Below are positions 8,797-20,888 of a stretch of DNA of 32,000 nt, in pieces (the first letter of the stretch is position 1; each line of letters starts with the position of its first letter). The notes under the pieces were generated by a model. It saw only the letters and a program-made list of their open reading frames with translations, made no database searches and was not told the DNA's origin. The translations under genes were made by a program, and so were the position numbers. This DNA comes from Alkalilimnicola ehrlichii MLHE-1 (GTDB taxonomy: Bacteria > Pseudomonadota > Gammaproteobacteria > Nitrococcales > Halorhodospiraceae). The stretch covers positions 3,243,945-3,275,944 of the forward strand of contig NC_008340.1 of the NCBI RefSeq assembly GCF_000014785.1. The letters run 5' to 3'.

Positions 8797-10974
8797 TCAG
8801 CCCACCAGCCTGAGGTTGGCGTAGGCAGCCACCAGCCACTTGGCCCCCGCCCGCGCGAACTGCACCTGGATCCGCGCCGAGGGCCCCTGCCCCTCGAGCC
8901 GCAACACCACCCCCTCGCCGAAACGGTCGTGGCGGACCCGGCTGCCGAGGGTGATCCCATCCACCGGCTCCGACTGCATGGCCGCGGCGGTGGCGCCGGG
9001 ACGGGTCACCTTCATCCGCGCCCGCACCTCCTCGATATAATCGGCCGGGATCTCCTGGATAAAGCGGGACGGCATGCCGTAGTTGTCCATCCCGTGCAGC
9101 CGCCGCTTTTCGGCGTAGGCCAGGTACAGGCGCTCGCGGGCACGGGTGATCCCCACGTAGGCGAGCCGTCGCTCCTCCTCCATGCGCCCGGGCTCCTCGG
9201 TGGACATCCGGTGCGGGAACAGCCCCTCTTCCAGCCCGACCAGAAAGACCACCGGGAACTCCAGGCCCTTGGCCGAGTGCAGGGTCATCAACTGCACGCA
9301 GGGCTGCCCCTCCTCCCCCTGGGCCTCGCCCGCCTCCAGCGCCGCGTGGGTGAGAAAGGCGGTGAGGGGGGTCAGCCCCTCGTCGCGCTCGTATTGTTGC
9401 TCGAAGTTGCGCGCCGCGGTCACCAGTTCGTCCAGGTTCTCCCGCCGGGCCTCGCCGCGGTCACTGCCGTCCGCCTCGGCGTCCCTGCGCAGCCCGCTGG
9501 CAACAATCACCCGATCCATCTGCTCGTGCAACGGCAGAGTCGCCGTCTCCTCCTCCAGCCGGTCCAGCAGCTGCAGGAAGCCCTGCACCGCATTGCCGGC
9601 GCGGGCACTGATGCCACCGGCCCGGATGATCCGGACGGCCGATTCCCACAGGCTCGCGTCGGCCGCCCGGGCCCCCTCGCGGATCTGATCCAGCGTGCGG
9701 TTGCCAATGCCCCGCCGGGGGGTATTGATCACCCGCTCGAAGGCGGCGTCATCGTGGCGGTTCATCAGCAGGCGCAGATAGGCCAGGGCATCGCGAATCT
9801 CGGCCCGGTCGAAGAAGCGCTGGCCGCCGTACACCCGGTAGGGCAGGCCGCGGGCCAGGAGGCTCTCCTCGAAGGCGCGGGACTGGGCGTTGGAGCGGTA
9901 GAGGATGGCGAAATCGTCACGGGCATAGCCCTCATCGAGCAGGGCGGCGATGCGGTCGACCACGTAACGGGCCTCGTCGGTCTCGTTGAAGGCGGCGTAA
10001 AGCTGGATCGGGTCACCCCGGCTGCCCTCGGTCCATAGGTTCTTGCCCATGCGCCCGCCGTTATGGCTGATCAGCGCGTTGGCGGCGTTGAGGATGGTCT
10101 CCGTGGAGCGGTAGTTCTGCTCCAGCCGGGTGATGCTCACCTCGCCGAACTCGCGGGCGTAGCGGTGGATGTTTTCCACCCGGGCCCCGCGCCAACCGTA
10201 GATGGACTGATCGTCATCGCCGACCACGAAGACATCGCTGTCCTCCCCGGCCAACTGCTGCAGCCAACGGTACTGCAACTGGTTGGTGTCCTGGAACTCG
10301 TCCACCAGCAGATGGCGGAAGCGGGCGCGGTAGTGGGCCAGCAGGTCGGGCCGGTCGCGGAGCAGCTCGAAGCTGCGCAACAGCAGCTCCGCGAAGTCCA
10401 CCAGGCCGGAGCGACGGCAGGTCTGCTCGTAGGTCTGGTAGACCTGCCAGACGGCAAAGCGGAACGGTTCCCCGGCGTCCGCCTGGATGTCGGCGGGCCG
10501 CAGCCCCTCCTCCTTCCAGCCATTGAGCACGCCGCGCACCTGCCGGGGCGGATAGCGCTTCTCGTCGAGCTCCATGCCGCGCATCACCCGCTTGATCAGC
10601 CGGAGCTGGTCGTCGCTGTCGAGGATCTGGAAGGTCTCCGGTAGCCCGGCATCCGCTGCGTGCATGCGCAGCAGCCGGTGCGACAGGCCGTGGAAGGTGC
10701 CCACCCACATGCCGGCGGTGCGGATGCCGAGCAGCTCACCGATGCGGTGGCGCATCTCGGCGGCGGCCTTGTTGGTGAAGGTCACCGCCATGATGCCGAA
10801 GGGGGAGGCGCCCTCCACCCGCACCAGCCACGCCGCCCGGCGGGTGAGCACCCGGGTCTTGCCGCTGCCCGCACCGGCCAGCACCAGGGAACGGCCGAGC
10901 GCGGCGCAGACCGCCTCGCGCTGGGCGTCGTTGAGATCGGCTATCAGGTCGGAGACGTCGGCTTCGGCTTCCAT
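8797..10974 (-). CDS. uvrD: DNA helicase II UvrD
   Basis: MEAEADVSDLIADLNDAQREAVCAALGRSLVLAGAGSGKTRVLTRR..., 'GIMAVTFTNKAAAEMRHRIG', 'VGTFHGLSHRLLR', 'VVGDDDQSIYGWRGARVENI', 'MTLHSAKGLEFPVVFLVGLEEGLFPH', 'IQVQFARAGAKWLVAAYANLRLV'. The provided ORF reads through the upstream repeat to 11238; true start at 10974. Confidence 0.96.
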   Translation of the reverse strand: MEAEADVSDLIADLNDAQREAVCAALGRSLVLAGAGSGKTRVLTRRAAWLVRVEGASPFGIMAVTFTNKAAAEMRHRIGELLGIRTAGMWVGTFHGLSHRLLRMHAADAGLPETFQILDSDDQLRLIKRVMRGMELDEKRYPPRQVRGVLNGWKEEGLRPADIQADAGEPFRFAVWQVYQTYEQTCRRSGLVDFAELLLRSFELLRDRPDLLAHYRARFRHLLVDEFQDTNQLQYRWLQQLAGEDSDVFVVGDDDQSIYGWRGARVENIHRYAREFGEVSITRLEQNYRSTETILNAANALISHNGGRMGKNLWTEGSRGDPIQLYAAFNETDEARYVVDRIAALLDEGYARDDFAILYRSNAQSRAFEESLLARGLPYRVYGGQRFFDRAEIRDALAYLRLLMNRHDDAAFERVINTPRRGIGNRTLDQIREGARAADASLWESAVRIIRAGGISARAGNAVQGFLQLLDRLEEETATLPLHEQMDRVIVASGLRRDAEADGSDRGEARRENLDELVTAARNFEQQYERDEGLTPLTAFLTHAALEAGEAQGEEGQPCVQLMTLHSAKGLEFPVVFLVGLEEGLFPHRMSTEEPGRMEEERRLAYVGITRARERLYLAYAEKRRLHGMDNYGMPSRFIQEIPADYIEEVRARMKVTRPGATAAAMQSEPVDGITLGSRVRHDRFGEGVVLRLEGQGPSARIQVQFARAGAKWLVAAYANLRLVG

Positions 10975-11016
10975 GGTTTCGGTCCGGTACAGAGGGTATA
11001 GAGTCGGCGGATGGGG

Positions 11017-11231
11017 GCGTTGCGGTGGGTCGGTGCCGGGGGGCGTGGTCCCGTCGGGCCTCCGATGGCGCACCCCTTCGGGGTGCCCTGCGCTACTCGG
11101 GAAAAATCGGCGCGCGTGAACTCGCTTCGCTCGAACAAGCACGCGCTTCATCCGATTTTTCCCTGCGTTGCTCGGTGCGCCAAAGTCGGCCCGACGGGAC
11201 CACGCCCCCCGGCACCGACCCACCGCAACGC
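11017..11231. repeat. Intergenic composite palindromic element, long member A (215 bp)
   Basis: 44-bp perfect terminal inverted arms 11017-11060 / 11188-11231; nested inner pairs 11067-11074/11174-11181 (GGCGCACC/GGTGCGCC), 11099-11110/11152-11163 (GGGAAAAATCGG/CCGATTTTTCCC), 11112-11118/11140-11146 (GCGCGTG/CACGCGC). The 127-bp core 11061-11187 recurs at 28091-28217. Confidence 0.95.
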
Positions 11232-11255
11232 CGCTCACGGGCGATCAGGGGCCTG

Positions 11256-12197
11256 CTAACCGGCGGCCGCAGGCTCGATGGGGCGGGCCTGCTCCTGCAC
11301 CACCCGGAGGTCACGGATGGCCGCCGCCACTGCCTCCAGGGTGCTGGCGCGGGCGGCCCCCTTGCGCCAGTAAAGCCCGATGGTACGGGTAGGGACCGGC
11401 GGGGAAAAGGGCAGCAGCTTGACCGCCGACTGGTTGGGGATCTCGCAACCGGCCTGTCCGGCCAGACGCGGGAGCAGGGTCATTCCCACGCCGGCCGCCA
11501 CCATCTGGCGCAGGGTCTCCAGGCTGGTGGCCCGGAAACAGCTGGTGCCGCCGGCATCGCCGGCCAACTGGCAGACCTCCAACGCCTGATCGCGCAGGCA
11601 GTGCCCCTCCTCCAGCAGCAGCAGCTCATCCTCCGGCAGGGCCTCCGGACGCGGTGCACGCTTCGCCTCGGCCAGGGCATGATCGGCAGGCAGGGCCAGC
11701 ACGAAGGGCTCTTCGAAGACCGCCACCGAGGCCAGGTCATCGCCCGCCACCGGCATGGCCATCAGCGCCCCGTCCAGCTCCCCCTTGCGCAGCCGCTCCA
11801 CCAGCAGGGCGGTGCGCTCCTCGTAGAGCAGCATGCGCAAGCGCGGCCAGGCCTCAGTGGCGGTGGCCACCAAGTGGGGCAACAGATAGGGGGCGAGGGT
11901 GGGGATGGCCCCGAGGCGCAGCTCCCCGGTCATGGGCTCGGCGGCCGCCCGACAGAGTTCGACGATGTCGTCCACTTGGTTGAGGACCGCCCGGGCCCGT
12001 GCCACCACCTCCTCGCCGGTGGGGGTGAGCAGGACCTGGCGGGTACCGCGCTCCACCAATTGCACCCCCAGGTACTCCTCCAGCTTCTTGACCTGGGCGC
12101 TGAGGGTGGGCTGGCTGACAAAACAGGCCTTGGCGGCGCGGCCAAAGTGGCGCTGGTCGCCCACGGCGACCAGATAACGCAAGTCCCTGAGGTTCAA
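11256..12197 (-). CDS. oxyR: LysR-family hydrogen-peroxide-sensing regulator OxyR
   Basis: MNLRDLRYLVAVGDQRHFGRAAKACFVSQPTLSAQVKKLEEYLGVQLVERG HTH; 'EEGHCLRDQALEVCQLAG...FRATSLETLRQMVAAGVGMTLLP' retains the OxyR two-cysteine segment with the E. coli spacing. Confidence 0.88.
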   Translation of the reverse strand: MNLRDLRYLVAVGDQRHFGRAAKACFVSQPTLSAQVKKLEEYLGVQLVERGTRQVLLTPTGEEVVARARAVLNQVDDIVELCRAAAEPMTGELRLGAIPTLAPYLLPHLVATATEAWPRLRMLLYEERTALLVERLRKGELDGALMAMPVAGDDLASVAVFEEPFVLALPADHALAEAKRAPRPEALPEDELLLLEEGHCLRDQALEVCQLAGDAGGTSCFRATSLETLRQMVAAGVGMTLLPRLAGQAGCEIPNQSAVKLLPFSPPVPTRTIGLYWRKGAARASTLEAVAAAIRDLRVVQEQARPIEPAAAG

Positions 12198-12199
12198 TG

Positions 12200-14032
12200 C
12201 TATTCCACCGTAACCGATTTGGCGAGGTTACGGGGTTGATCGACATCAGTGCCCCGCAACACCGCCACATGATACGCCAGGAGCTGAAGGGGGACGGTAA
12301 AGACCACCGGCGCGATCAGCGGATGGCAGTGGGGCACCGCCAGGACGCGGGTGTCGTCGTCCTCCGCGTAGCGCACGTCGCTGTCGGCAAACACCATCAA
12401 GGTCCCGCCGCGGGCGCGTACCTCCTGCAGATTGGACTTCAGTTTCTCCACCAGGTCGTCGCGGGGGGCGATGGCCACCACCGGCATCTCGGCGTCCACC
12501 AGGGCCAGCGGGCCATGCTTCAGCTCCCCCGCCGGGTAGGCCTCGGCGTGGATGTAGGAGATCTCCTTGAGCTTGAGCGCACCCTCGAGCGCCACCGGGT
12601 AGTGTAGCCCCCGCCCCAGAAACAGCGCGTGCTGGCGCTCTACCAACAGCTCGGCCAGGCGGGCAACGGGGCCGTCCAGCTCCAGGGCCTGCTCCAGGGC
12701 ACTGGGGAGGCTGCGCAGGGCGTTGACCATATCGGCAGCATCGTCGGCGTTCAGTTGTTGATGGCGACCGAGGGCGATCACCAGCAGGAGCAGGGCCACC
12801 AACTGGGTGGTAAAGGCCTTGGTGGACGCCACCCCGATCTCCGGGCCGGCGCGGGTCATCAGCACCAGGTCGGACTCCCGGACCAGCGAGCTCTCCGGCA
12901 CGTTACAGATGGCCATGGTCGCCAGGTAGCCAAGGGTGCGCGCCTCGCGCAGGGCGGCCAGGGTATCGGCGGTCTCCCCCGACTGGGAGATGGCGACGAA
13001 GAGTGTCCCCGGCGCCACCACATGGCGGCGGTAGCGGTACTCACTGGCCACCTCCACGTCACAGGGCAGTCCGGCGTGCTCCTCGAACCAGTAACGGGCC
13101 ACCAGCCCCGCATGGTAGCTGGTGCCGCAGGCGATAATCTGAACCCGCTGCACCTGCGGGAAGAGCGTCGCGGCCCGCGGGCCAAAGCTGGCCTCCAACA
13201 CCTCATGGTCGGCCAACCGCCCTTCCAGGGTTTCCGCCACCACCGCCGGCTGCTGGTGGATCTCTTTCAACATGAAGTGGCGGTAACCCCCGCGCTCGGC
13301 GGCATCGGCGCTGAGTTCCGATTGCCGCACCGGGCGGTCCACCACACGGCGGTGCTCATCGTAGATGACGAGGCTGTCGCGGCGCAGGTCGGCGACATCG
13401 CCCTCTTCCAGGAAGATGAACTGGCGCGTTACCGGCAGCAGGGCCTGGACATCGGAGGCGATGAAGTGCTCGCCGATCCCGATCCCGATCACCAGCGGGC
13501 TACCGCGACGCGCCGCGACCAGACGGCCGGGTTCGTCCCGGCAGATCACGCCCAGGGCGTAGGCGCCATCGAGCAGCGAAAGGGTGTCGAACACCGCTGC
13601 CAGGAGATCGCCCCGGGCGCCGATCTGCTGGTCGATCTGCTTCACCACCACCTCGGTATCGGTCTCCGATTCGAACCGGTGGCCGGCCTGTTCCAGCGCC
13701 TGACGCAAGGGCTCGTGGTTCTCGATAATGCCGTTATGCACCAGGGCTAGGCGCTCGCCGGACATGTGGGGGTGGGCATTGCGATCCGACGGCGCGCCGT
13801 GGGTGGCCCAACGGGTGTGGGCCAGCCCGGTGGGACCGGCCAGCGGGCGCTCGGCCAGCCGTTCGGCGAGGCTCGCCACCTTGCCCAGGGCCCGCTCCCG
13901 CTCGATATAGCCCTCCCGGTCCTGGACCGCCAGGCCGGCGGAGTCGTAGCCCCGGTACTCCAGGCGTCTCAGCCCCTCCAGCAGGATGGGGGCCACATCA
14001 CGTTGGGCGACAGCGCCGACAATGCCACACAT
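12200..14032 (-). CDS. glmS: Glutamine--fructose-6-phosphate aminotransferase (isomerizing)
   Basis: MCGIVGAVAQRDVAPILLEGLRRLEYRGYDSAGLAV..., 'HTRWATHG', 'ACGTSYHAGLVARYW', 'SQSGETADTLAALR', C-terminal 'LRGTDVDQPRNLAKSVTVE'. Confidence 0.98.
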   Translation of the reverse strand: MCGIVGAVAQRDVAPILLEGLRRLEYRGYDSAGLAVQDREGYIERERALGKVASLAERLAERPLAGPTGLAHTRWATHGAPSDRNAHPHMSGERLALVHNGIIENHEPLRQALEQAGHRFESETDTEVVVKQIDQQIGARGDLLAAVFDTLSLLDGAYALGVICRDEPGRLVAARRGSPLVIGIGIGEHFIASDVQALLPVTRQFIFLEEGDVADLRRDSLVIYDEHRRVVDRPVRQSELSADAAERGGYRHFMLKEIHQQPAVVAETLEGRLADHEVLEASFGPRAATLFPQVQRVQIIACGTSYHAGLVARYWFEEHAGLPCDVEVASEYRYRRHVVAPGTLFVAISQSGETADTLAALREARTLGYLATMAICNVPESSLVRESDLVLMTRAGPEIGVASTKAFTTQLVALLLLVIALGRHQQLNADDAADMVNALRSLPSALEQALELDGPVARLAELLVERQHALFLGRGLHYPVALEGALKLKEISYIHAEAYPAGELKHGPLALVDAEMPVVAIAPRDDLVEKLKSNLQEVRARGGTLMVFADSDVRYAEDDDTRVLAVPHCHPLIAPVVFTVPLQLLAYHVAVLRGTDVDQPRNLAKSVTVE

Positions 14033-14085
14033 GGTGATCTCCGGTACGGACAGCTAACAGGGCGTTCACAACGGGGCGGGGCCGT

Positions 14086-14121
14086 GGAACCGGCGCCCGG
14101 AGCGCTCCGGGCGCCGGTTCC
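14086..14121. terminator. Perfect 36-bp palindrome downstream of the UspA gene (possible non-canonical terminator)
   Basis: GGAACCGGCGCCCGGAGC / GCTCCGGGCGCCGGTTCC, 18-bp arms with no central spacer, between the uspA stop (14147) and glmS start (14032); no T-tract follows. Confidence 0.45.
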
Positions 14122-14146
14122 GGGCGGACCGGGACAGGGCCCGGGC

Positions 14147-14977
14147 TCAGCGCGTCCAGAGCGGTGCGTTGCCCGGAACCACCAGCACGGAACTGGCGAC
14201 GTTACGGCAAATCTCCTGGGCCGTATCACCCAGCATGAGCTCTTTGTGGGGGGCGTTGCCGCGCTTGCCGATCACCACCAGGCTGGCATGCTCCTCGCGG
14301 GCAACGCGGCTGATGACCCGGGCGGGGTCACCCTCTTCGGTCCGCACCGCCACGTCCGCGCCCTTGGCCCGAGCCTGGTCGGCCAACGACCGGAGACGAT
14401 CGGCGGCGTCCGCCGGCGCCTCCTCCTCGCTGACCTGAAGCAGGGTGAGCTTGCGGTTGCCGGGACCACCGGCCAGCTCCAGGGCGTGGGTCTCCGCCCC
14501 TTCGGCGCGCTTGGAGCCGTCGGTGGCCAACAGGATATGGGAGAACAGGTCGCTGATCGGGGTGTCGTCCTTTGGATCCAGGCGCTCGATAAGCGTCGGG
14601 ATGGAGGTGCGGCGGACCAGCTCCAGCACCGTGCTGCCGTGGAAGAACTCGCGCCACAGGCCCTCGCCGCGGGAGGCCAGCAGGATCAGGTTGGCCTTGG
14701 CCCCCATGGCCACCTTGACCAGCTCCTGAGCCGGGTGACCCACCGGCGACTCGATATGGACCCGGAAGCCTTCCTTCTCCAGGTCCTCCTGCTTTTGTTT
14801 CAGCCGGCGCCGGGCCTCGGCCTTGTGCTCGTCGCTGAGCTCCTTGGGCTCATCCACCCGCAGGACGTCCACCAGGGTGAACTCCTTGGCGCCCATTTCC
14901 CGCAGCTCGGAGAGGCTGTCGAGCAGGGGCTTATAGGAGGACGAAAAATGAACGGCGACGACGGTATGCTCAAACAT
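14147..14977 (-). CDS. Tandem-domain universal stress protein (UspA family)
   Basis: MFEHTVVAVHFSSSYKPLLDSLSELREMGAKEFTLVDVLRV... two Usp-like halves; second half 'HILLATDGSKRAEGAE...HASLVVIGKRGNAPHKELMLGDTAQEICRNVASSVLVV' with G2xG9xGS/T-like segment. Confidence 0.88.
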   Translation of the reverse strand: MFEHTVVAVHFSSSYKPLLDSLSELREMGAKEFTLVDVLRVDEPKELSDEHKAEARRRLKQKQEDLEKEGFRVHIESPVGHPAQELVKVAMGAKANLILLASRGEGLWREFFHGSTVLELVRRTSIPTLIERLDPKDDTPISDLFSHILLATDGSKRAEGAETHALELAGGPGNRKLTLLQVSEEEAPADAADRLRSLADQARAKGADVAVRTEEGDPARVISRVAREEHASLVVIGKRGNAPHKELMLGDTAQEICRNVASSVLVVPGNAPLWTR

Positions 14978-15052
14978 GCGGACTCTCCTTCAAGGCTGTC
15001 ACGGTGTTGCCACCGGCTCTGTCATTATCTTTGACGGTGGTCACGGCGGGCG

Positions 15053-16453
15053 TCAAGCGTCACTCCCCTCGCCCCGGTCGGGGCGCTGTCCGGGGCGGCG
15101 CCAGCCGTGGATACTCCGCTGAGCGCTACGGGCCACGGTCAGGGCCTCGTCCGGCGCATCCCGGGTGACCGTCGAGCCGGCCCCGATGGTGGCGCCCCGC
15201 CCGACCCGCACCGGCGCGACCAGCTGGGTGCCCGACCCGATAAAGGCGCCATCGCCGATCTCTGTGCGGTGCTTGCTATGACCGTCGTAGTTGCAGGTAA
15301 TGGTGCCCGCACCCACGTTCACGTCCCGACCCAGCTCCGCGTCGCCCATATAGCTCAGGTGGTTCACCTTGCTGCCTGGCCCGATTCGCGCGGCCTTGGT
15401 CTCGACAAAGTTGCCCACCTTGGCGCCATCGGCCAGGTCCGTCCCGGGACGCAGGCGAGCAAAGGGCCCGATCCGGCAGTTTCGGCCTGCCGTGGCGCCG
15501 TCCAGTACGGAGTGGGCCTCGACGCGGGTGCCGTCACCCAGGGCGACGTCTCTCAGGACGCAATGGGGTCCGATCTCAACCCCGGCCCCCAGTTCGACCC
15601 GACCTTCGAGAACGACCCCAACGTCGATCCGGCAGTCCTCGCCGGCGGCGAAATGACCCCGCAGGTCGAATCGGTCTGGGTCCAGTATAGTCACGCCGGC
15701 ACGCATCCAGTCTTCGGCCTGCCGCCGTTGCCAGACCCGCTCCGCGGCCGCGAGCTGGACGCGGTCGTTGACTCCCTGCACCTCCGCCGGATCCGCCACC
15801 GGGTAAGCGGCCACCCTGACCCCGTCGGCCACCGCCATGGCGATTACGTCGGTCAGGTAGTACTCCGCCTGGGCGTTGTCATTGTCCAGCCGCTGCAGCC
15901 AGGCCTTCAATCGGCCGGCCGGGGCAGCCAGCAGGCCAGTGTTGCATTCCGTGACCCGGCGCTGGGCGGCGGTAGCGTCCTTGTGCTCCACCACGCCGGT
16001 GACCGCGCCGTGGCCGTCGCGCAGCACGCGGCCGTAACCGGTTGGATCCGGGAAATCCACGCTGAGCAGCCCGAGACCACCGTCGGCCTCGGCGAGCAGC
16101 GCCTGCAGGGTCTCGGGCCGAACCAGCGGCACATCCCCGTAAAGCACCAGGACCTGATGGTCGTCTGGAATCGCCGGGATCGCCTGCTCGACGGCATGAC
16201 CGGTCCCCAACTGCGGCTCCTGCACCACCCAGCGCACGGGCCAGTCGGCGTGGGCGGCCTGTACCGCCTCGGCACCGTGCCCATGCACCACGTGCACGGC
16301 TTCGGGCTCCAGGGAGAAGGCGGTACGCAGGACATGGTCGAGCATGGGTCGCCCCCCCACCGGGTGGAGGAGCTTGGGGTAACGGGAGCGCATGCGGGTA
16401 CCCTTACCCGCAGCCAATACGACAATACTCAGGGCCTGTTCCATGGTTCTCAA
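15053..16453 (-). CDS. glmU: Bifunctional GlcNAc-1-P uridyltransferase / GlcN-1-P acetyltransferase
   Basis: 'LSIVVLAAGKGTRMRSRYPKLLHPVGGRPMLDHVLR', 'LYGDVPLV', left-handed beta-helix hexapeptides and 'AGTITCNYDGHSKHRTEIGDGAFIGSGTQLVAPVRVG'. Alternative start MEQALS at 16444. Confidence 0.97.
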   Translation of the reverse strand: MRTMEQALSIVVLAAGKGTRMRSRYPKLLHPVGGRPMLDHVLRTAFSLEPEAVHVVHGHGAEAVQAAHADWPVRWVVQEPQLGTGHAVEQAIPAIPDDHQVLVLYGDVPLVRPETLQALLAEADGGLGLLSVDFPDPTGYGRVLRDGHGAVTGVVEHKDATAAQRRVTECNTGLLAAPAGRLKAWLQRLDNDNAQAEYYLTDVIAMAVADGVRVAAYPVADPAEVQGVNDRVQLAAAERVWQRRQAEDWMRAGVTILDPDRFDLRGHFAAGEDCRIDVGVVLEGRVELGAGVEIGPHCVLRDVALGDGTRVEAHSVLDGATAGRNCRIGPFARLRPGTDLADGAKVGNFVETKAARIGPGSKVNHLSYMGDAELGRDVNVGAGTITCNYDGHSKHRTEIGDGAFIGSGTQLVAPVRVGRGATIGAGSTVTRDAPDEALTVARSAQRSIHGWRRPGQRPDRGEGSDA

Positions 16454-16523
16454 CGTTCGGGCCTCGGATACAGAAAGCCCCGGCGACAGGCCGGGGCTCG
16501 GTTAGCGCGAGGCGGGCAATCCC

Positions 16524-16946
16524 TTACCGCTTGGCGCGACGACGCAGCCGCTCCAGGGTCTGGAGCTGCGCCATGGCCTCAGCCAGCTCCGCCTGGACAT
16601 GGCTGTAGTCCTCGCCCGCCTTGCGGTTGGCCAGGGCCTCTTCCGCCCGCCGCTTGGCCTCCTGGGCCGCGGCCTCGTCCAGGTCGCGGGCCCGGGCCGC
16701 GGTGTCGGCCAACACCGTGACCTTGTGCGGCTGGACCTCGATGATGCCGCCGGAGACGTAGAAGAAGCGCTCTTCGCCGTTCTCGTCCTGGACCCGCACC
16801 TCGCCCGGCCGCAGCTTGGTCAGCAGCGGGGCGTGGCGGGGGGTGATGCCGATATCACCCTCCCGTGCGGGCGCCACCAGCATCTTGGCCTCGCCGGAGT
16901 GGATCGCCTGCTCCGCGCTGACGATGTCCACGTGCAATGTACTCAT
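16524..16946 (-). CDS. atpC: ATP synthase F1 subunit epsilon
   Basis: MSTLHVDIVSAEQAIHSGEAKMLVAPAREGDIGITPRHAPLLTKLRPGEVRV...; last gene of the atp operon. Confidence 0.97.
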   Translation of the reverse strand: MSTLHVDIVSAEQAIHSGEAKMLVAPAREGDIGITPRHAPLLTKLRPGEVRVQDENGEERFFYVSGGIIEVQPHKVTVLADTAARARDLDEAAAQEAKRRAEEALANRKAGEDYSHVQAELAEAMAQLQTLERLRRRAKR

Positions 16947-16973
16947 GGGCGGTACCCCGCTAACGCCGGTGGA

Positions 16974-18374
<1,401 letters not shown>

Positions 18375-18440
18375 TCACCAGCGACTGCGCGTTGGCAACC
18401 CTGGGTCTGTATTGCTAAGAAACCTGTTTACACCTGGTGG

Positions 18441-19304
18441 TTACACCGCGTTCGCGCCGGCCACGATCTCGGACAGCTCCTGGGTAATCGCCGCCTGGCG
18501 GGCCTTGTTGTAGACCAGCTGGAGGTTATCGATGATCTCGCCGGCGTTGTCAGTGGCGCTCTTCATGGCGACCATGCGAGCGGCCATCTCACAGGCGACG
18601 TTCTCGACCACCCCCTGGTAGACCTGCGACTCGATGTAGCGCATCAGCACATCGTCCAGGAGCTCGCTGGCACTGGGCTCATAGATGTAGTCCCAGTTCT
18701 CGAGCATCTCTTCCTCGTCCACCGGCTCCACCGGGAGCAGGCGGCGGGTCGCCGCCTCCTGGCTCATGGTGTTGACGAAGTCGTTGTGCACCAGATAGAG
18801 ACGGTCGATCTTGCCCTCGGTATAGGCATCCAGCATCACCTTGATCGGGCCGATCATGTCCTCCAGGTGCGGCGTGTCACCGAGGCCGCGTGTATCGGCC
18901 AGGGTGGACGCGCCCAGGCGCCCGAAGAAGGCGGCGGCCTTCGCGCCAAAGGTGCAGAAGTCCACGCCAACGCCCTGCTTGTCCCACTCCCGCATCTGCT
19001 GCAGCACCGACTTGAACAGGTTGACGTTCAGGCCACCGCACAGACCGCGATCCGTGGAGATAACGACCAGCCCCACCCGTTCCACCTTCTCCCGCTCCTC
19101 CAGGAACGGGTGCCGATAGTCCGGATTGGCGCCGGCCAGATGGCCGATCACCTGGCGCATCTTCTGGGCGTAGGGGCGCGTGGCCTCCATGCGCTCCTGG
19201 GCACGGCGCATCTTCGACGCCGCGACCATCTCCATGGCCTTGGTGATCTTCTGAGTGTTCTGGACACTCTTGATTTTGGTGCGTACTTCTTTTGCGCCGG
19301 ACAT
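18441..19304 (-). CDS. atpG: ATP synthase F1 subunit gamma
   Basis: [36 protein letters not shown]..., C-terminal '[27 protein letters not shown]'. Confidence 0.99.
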   Translation of the reverse strand: MSGAKEVRTKIKSVQNTQKITKAMEMVAASKMRRAQERMEATRPYAQKMRQVIGHLAGANPDYRHPFLEEREKVERVGLVVISTDRGLCGGLNVNLFKSVLQQMREWDKQGVGVDFCTFGAKAAAFFGRLGASTLADTRGLGDTPHLEDMIGPIKVMLDAYTEGKIDRLYLVHNDFVNTMSQEAATRRLLPVEPVDEEEMLENWDYIYEPSASELLDDVLMRYIESQVYQGVVENVACEMAARMVAMKSATDNAGEIIDNLQLVYNKARQAAITQELSEIVAGANAV

Positions 19305-19334
19305 GCGCTCACCTACTCGGGCTGTCGGTGGAGA

Positions 19335-20876
<1,542 letters not shown>

Positions 20877-20888
20877 CTTGCTACCTCG

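Noticed and set aside
16925-16942. CACGTG-centred sequence as a possible parS site
   Set aside because: Only the central CACGTG matches; flanks do not fit TGTTTCACGTGAAACA and it lies in atpC. No convincing parS was seen in the window.
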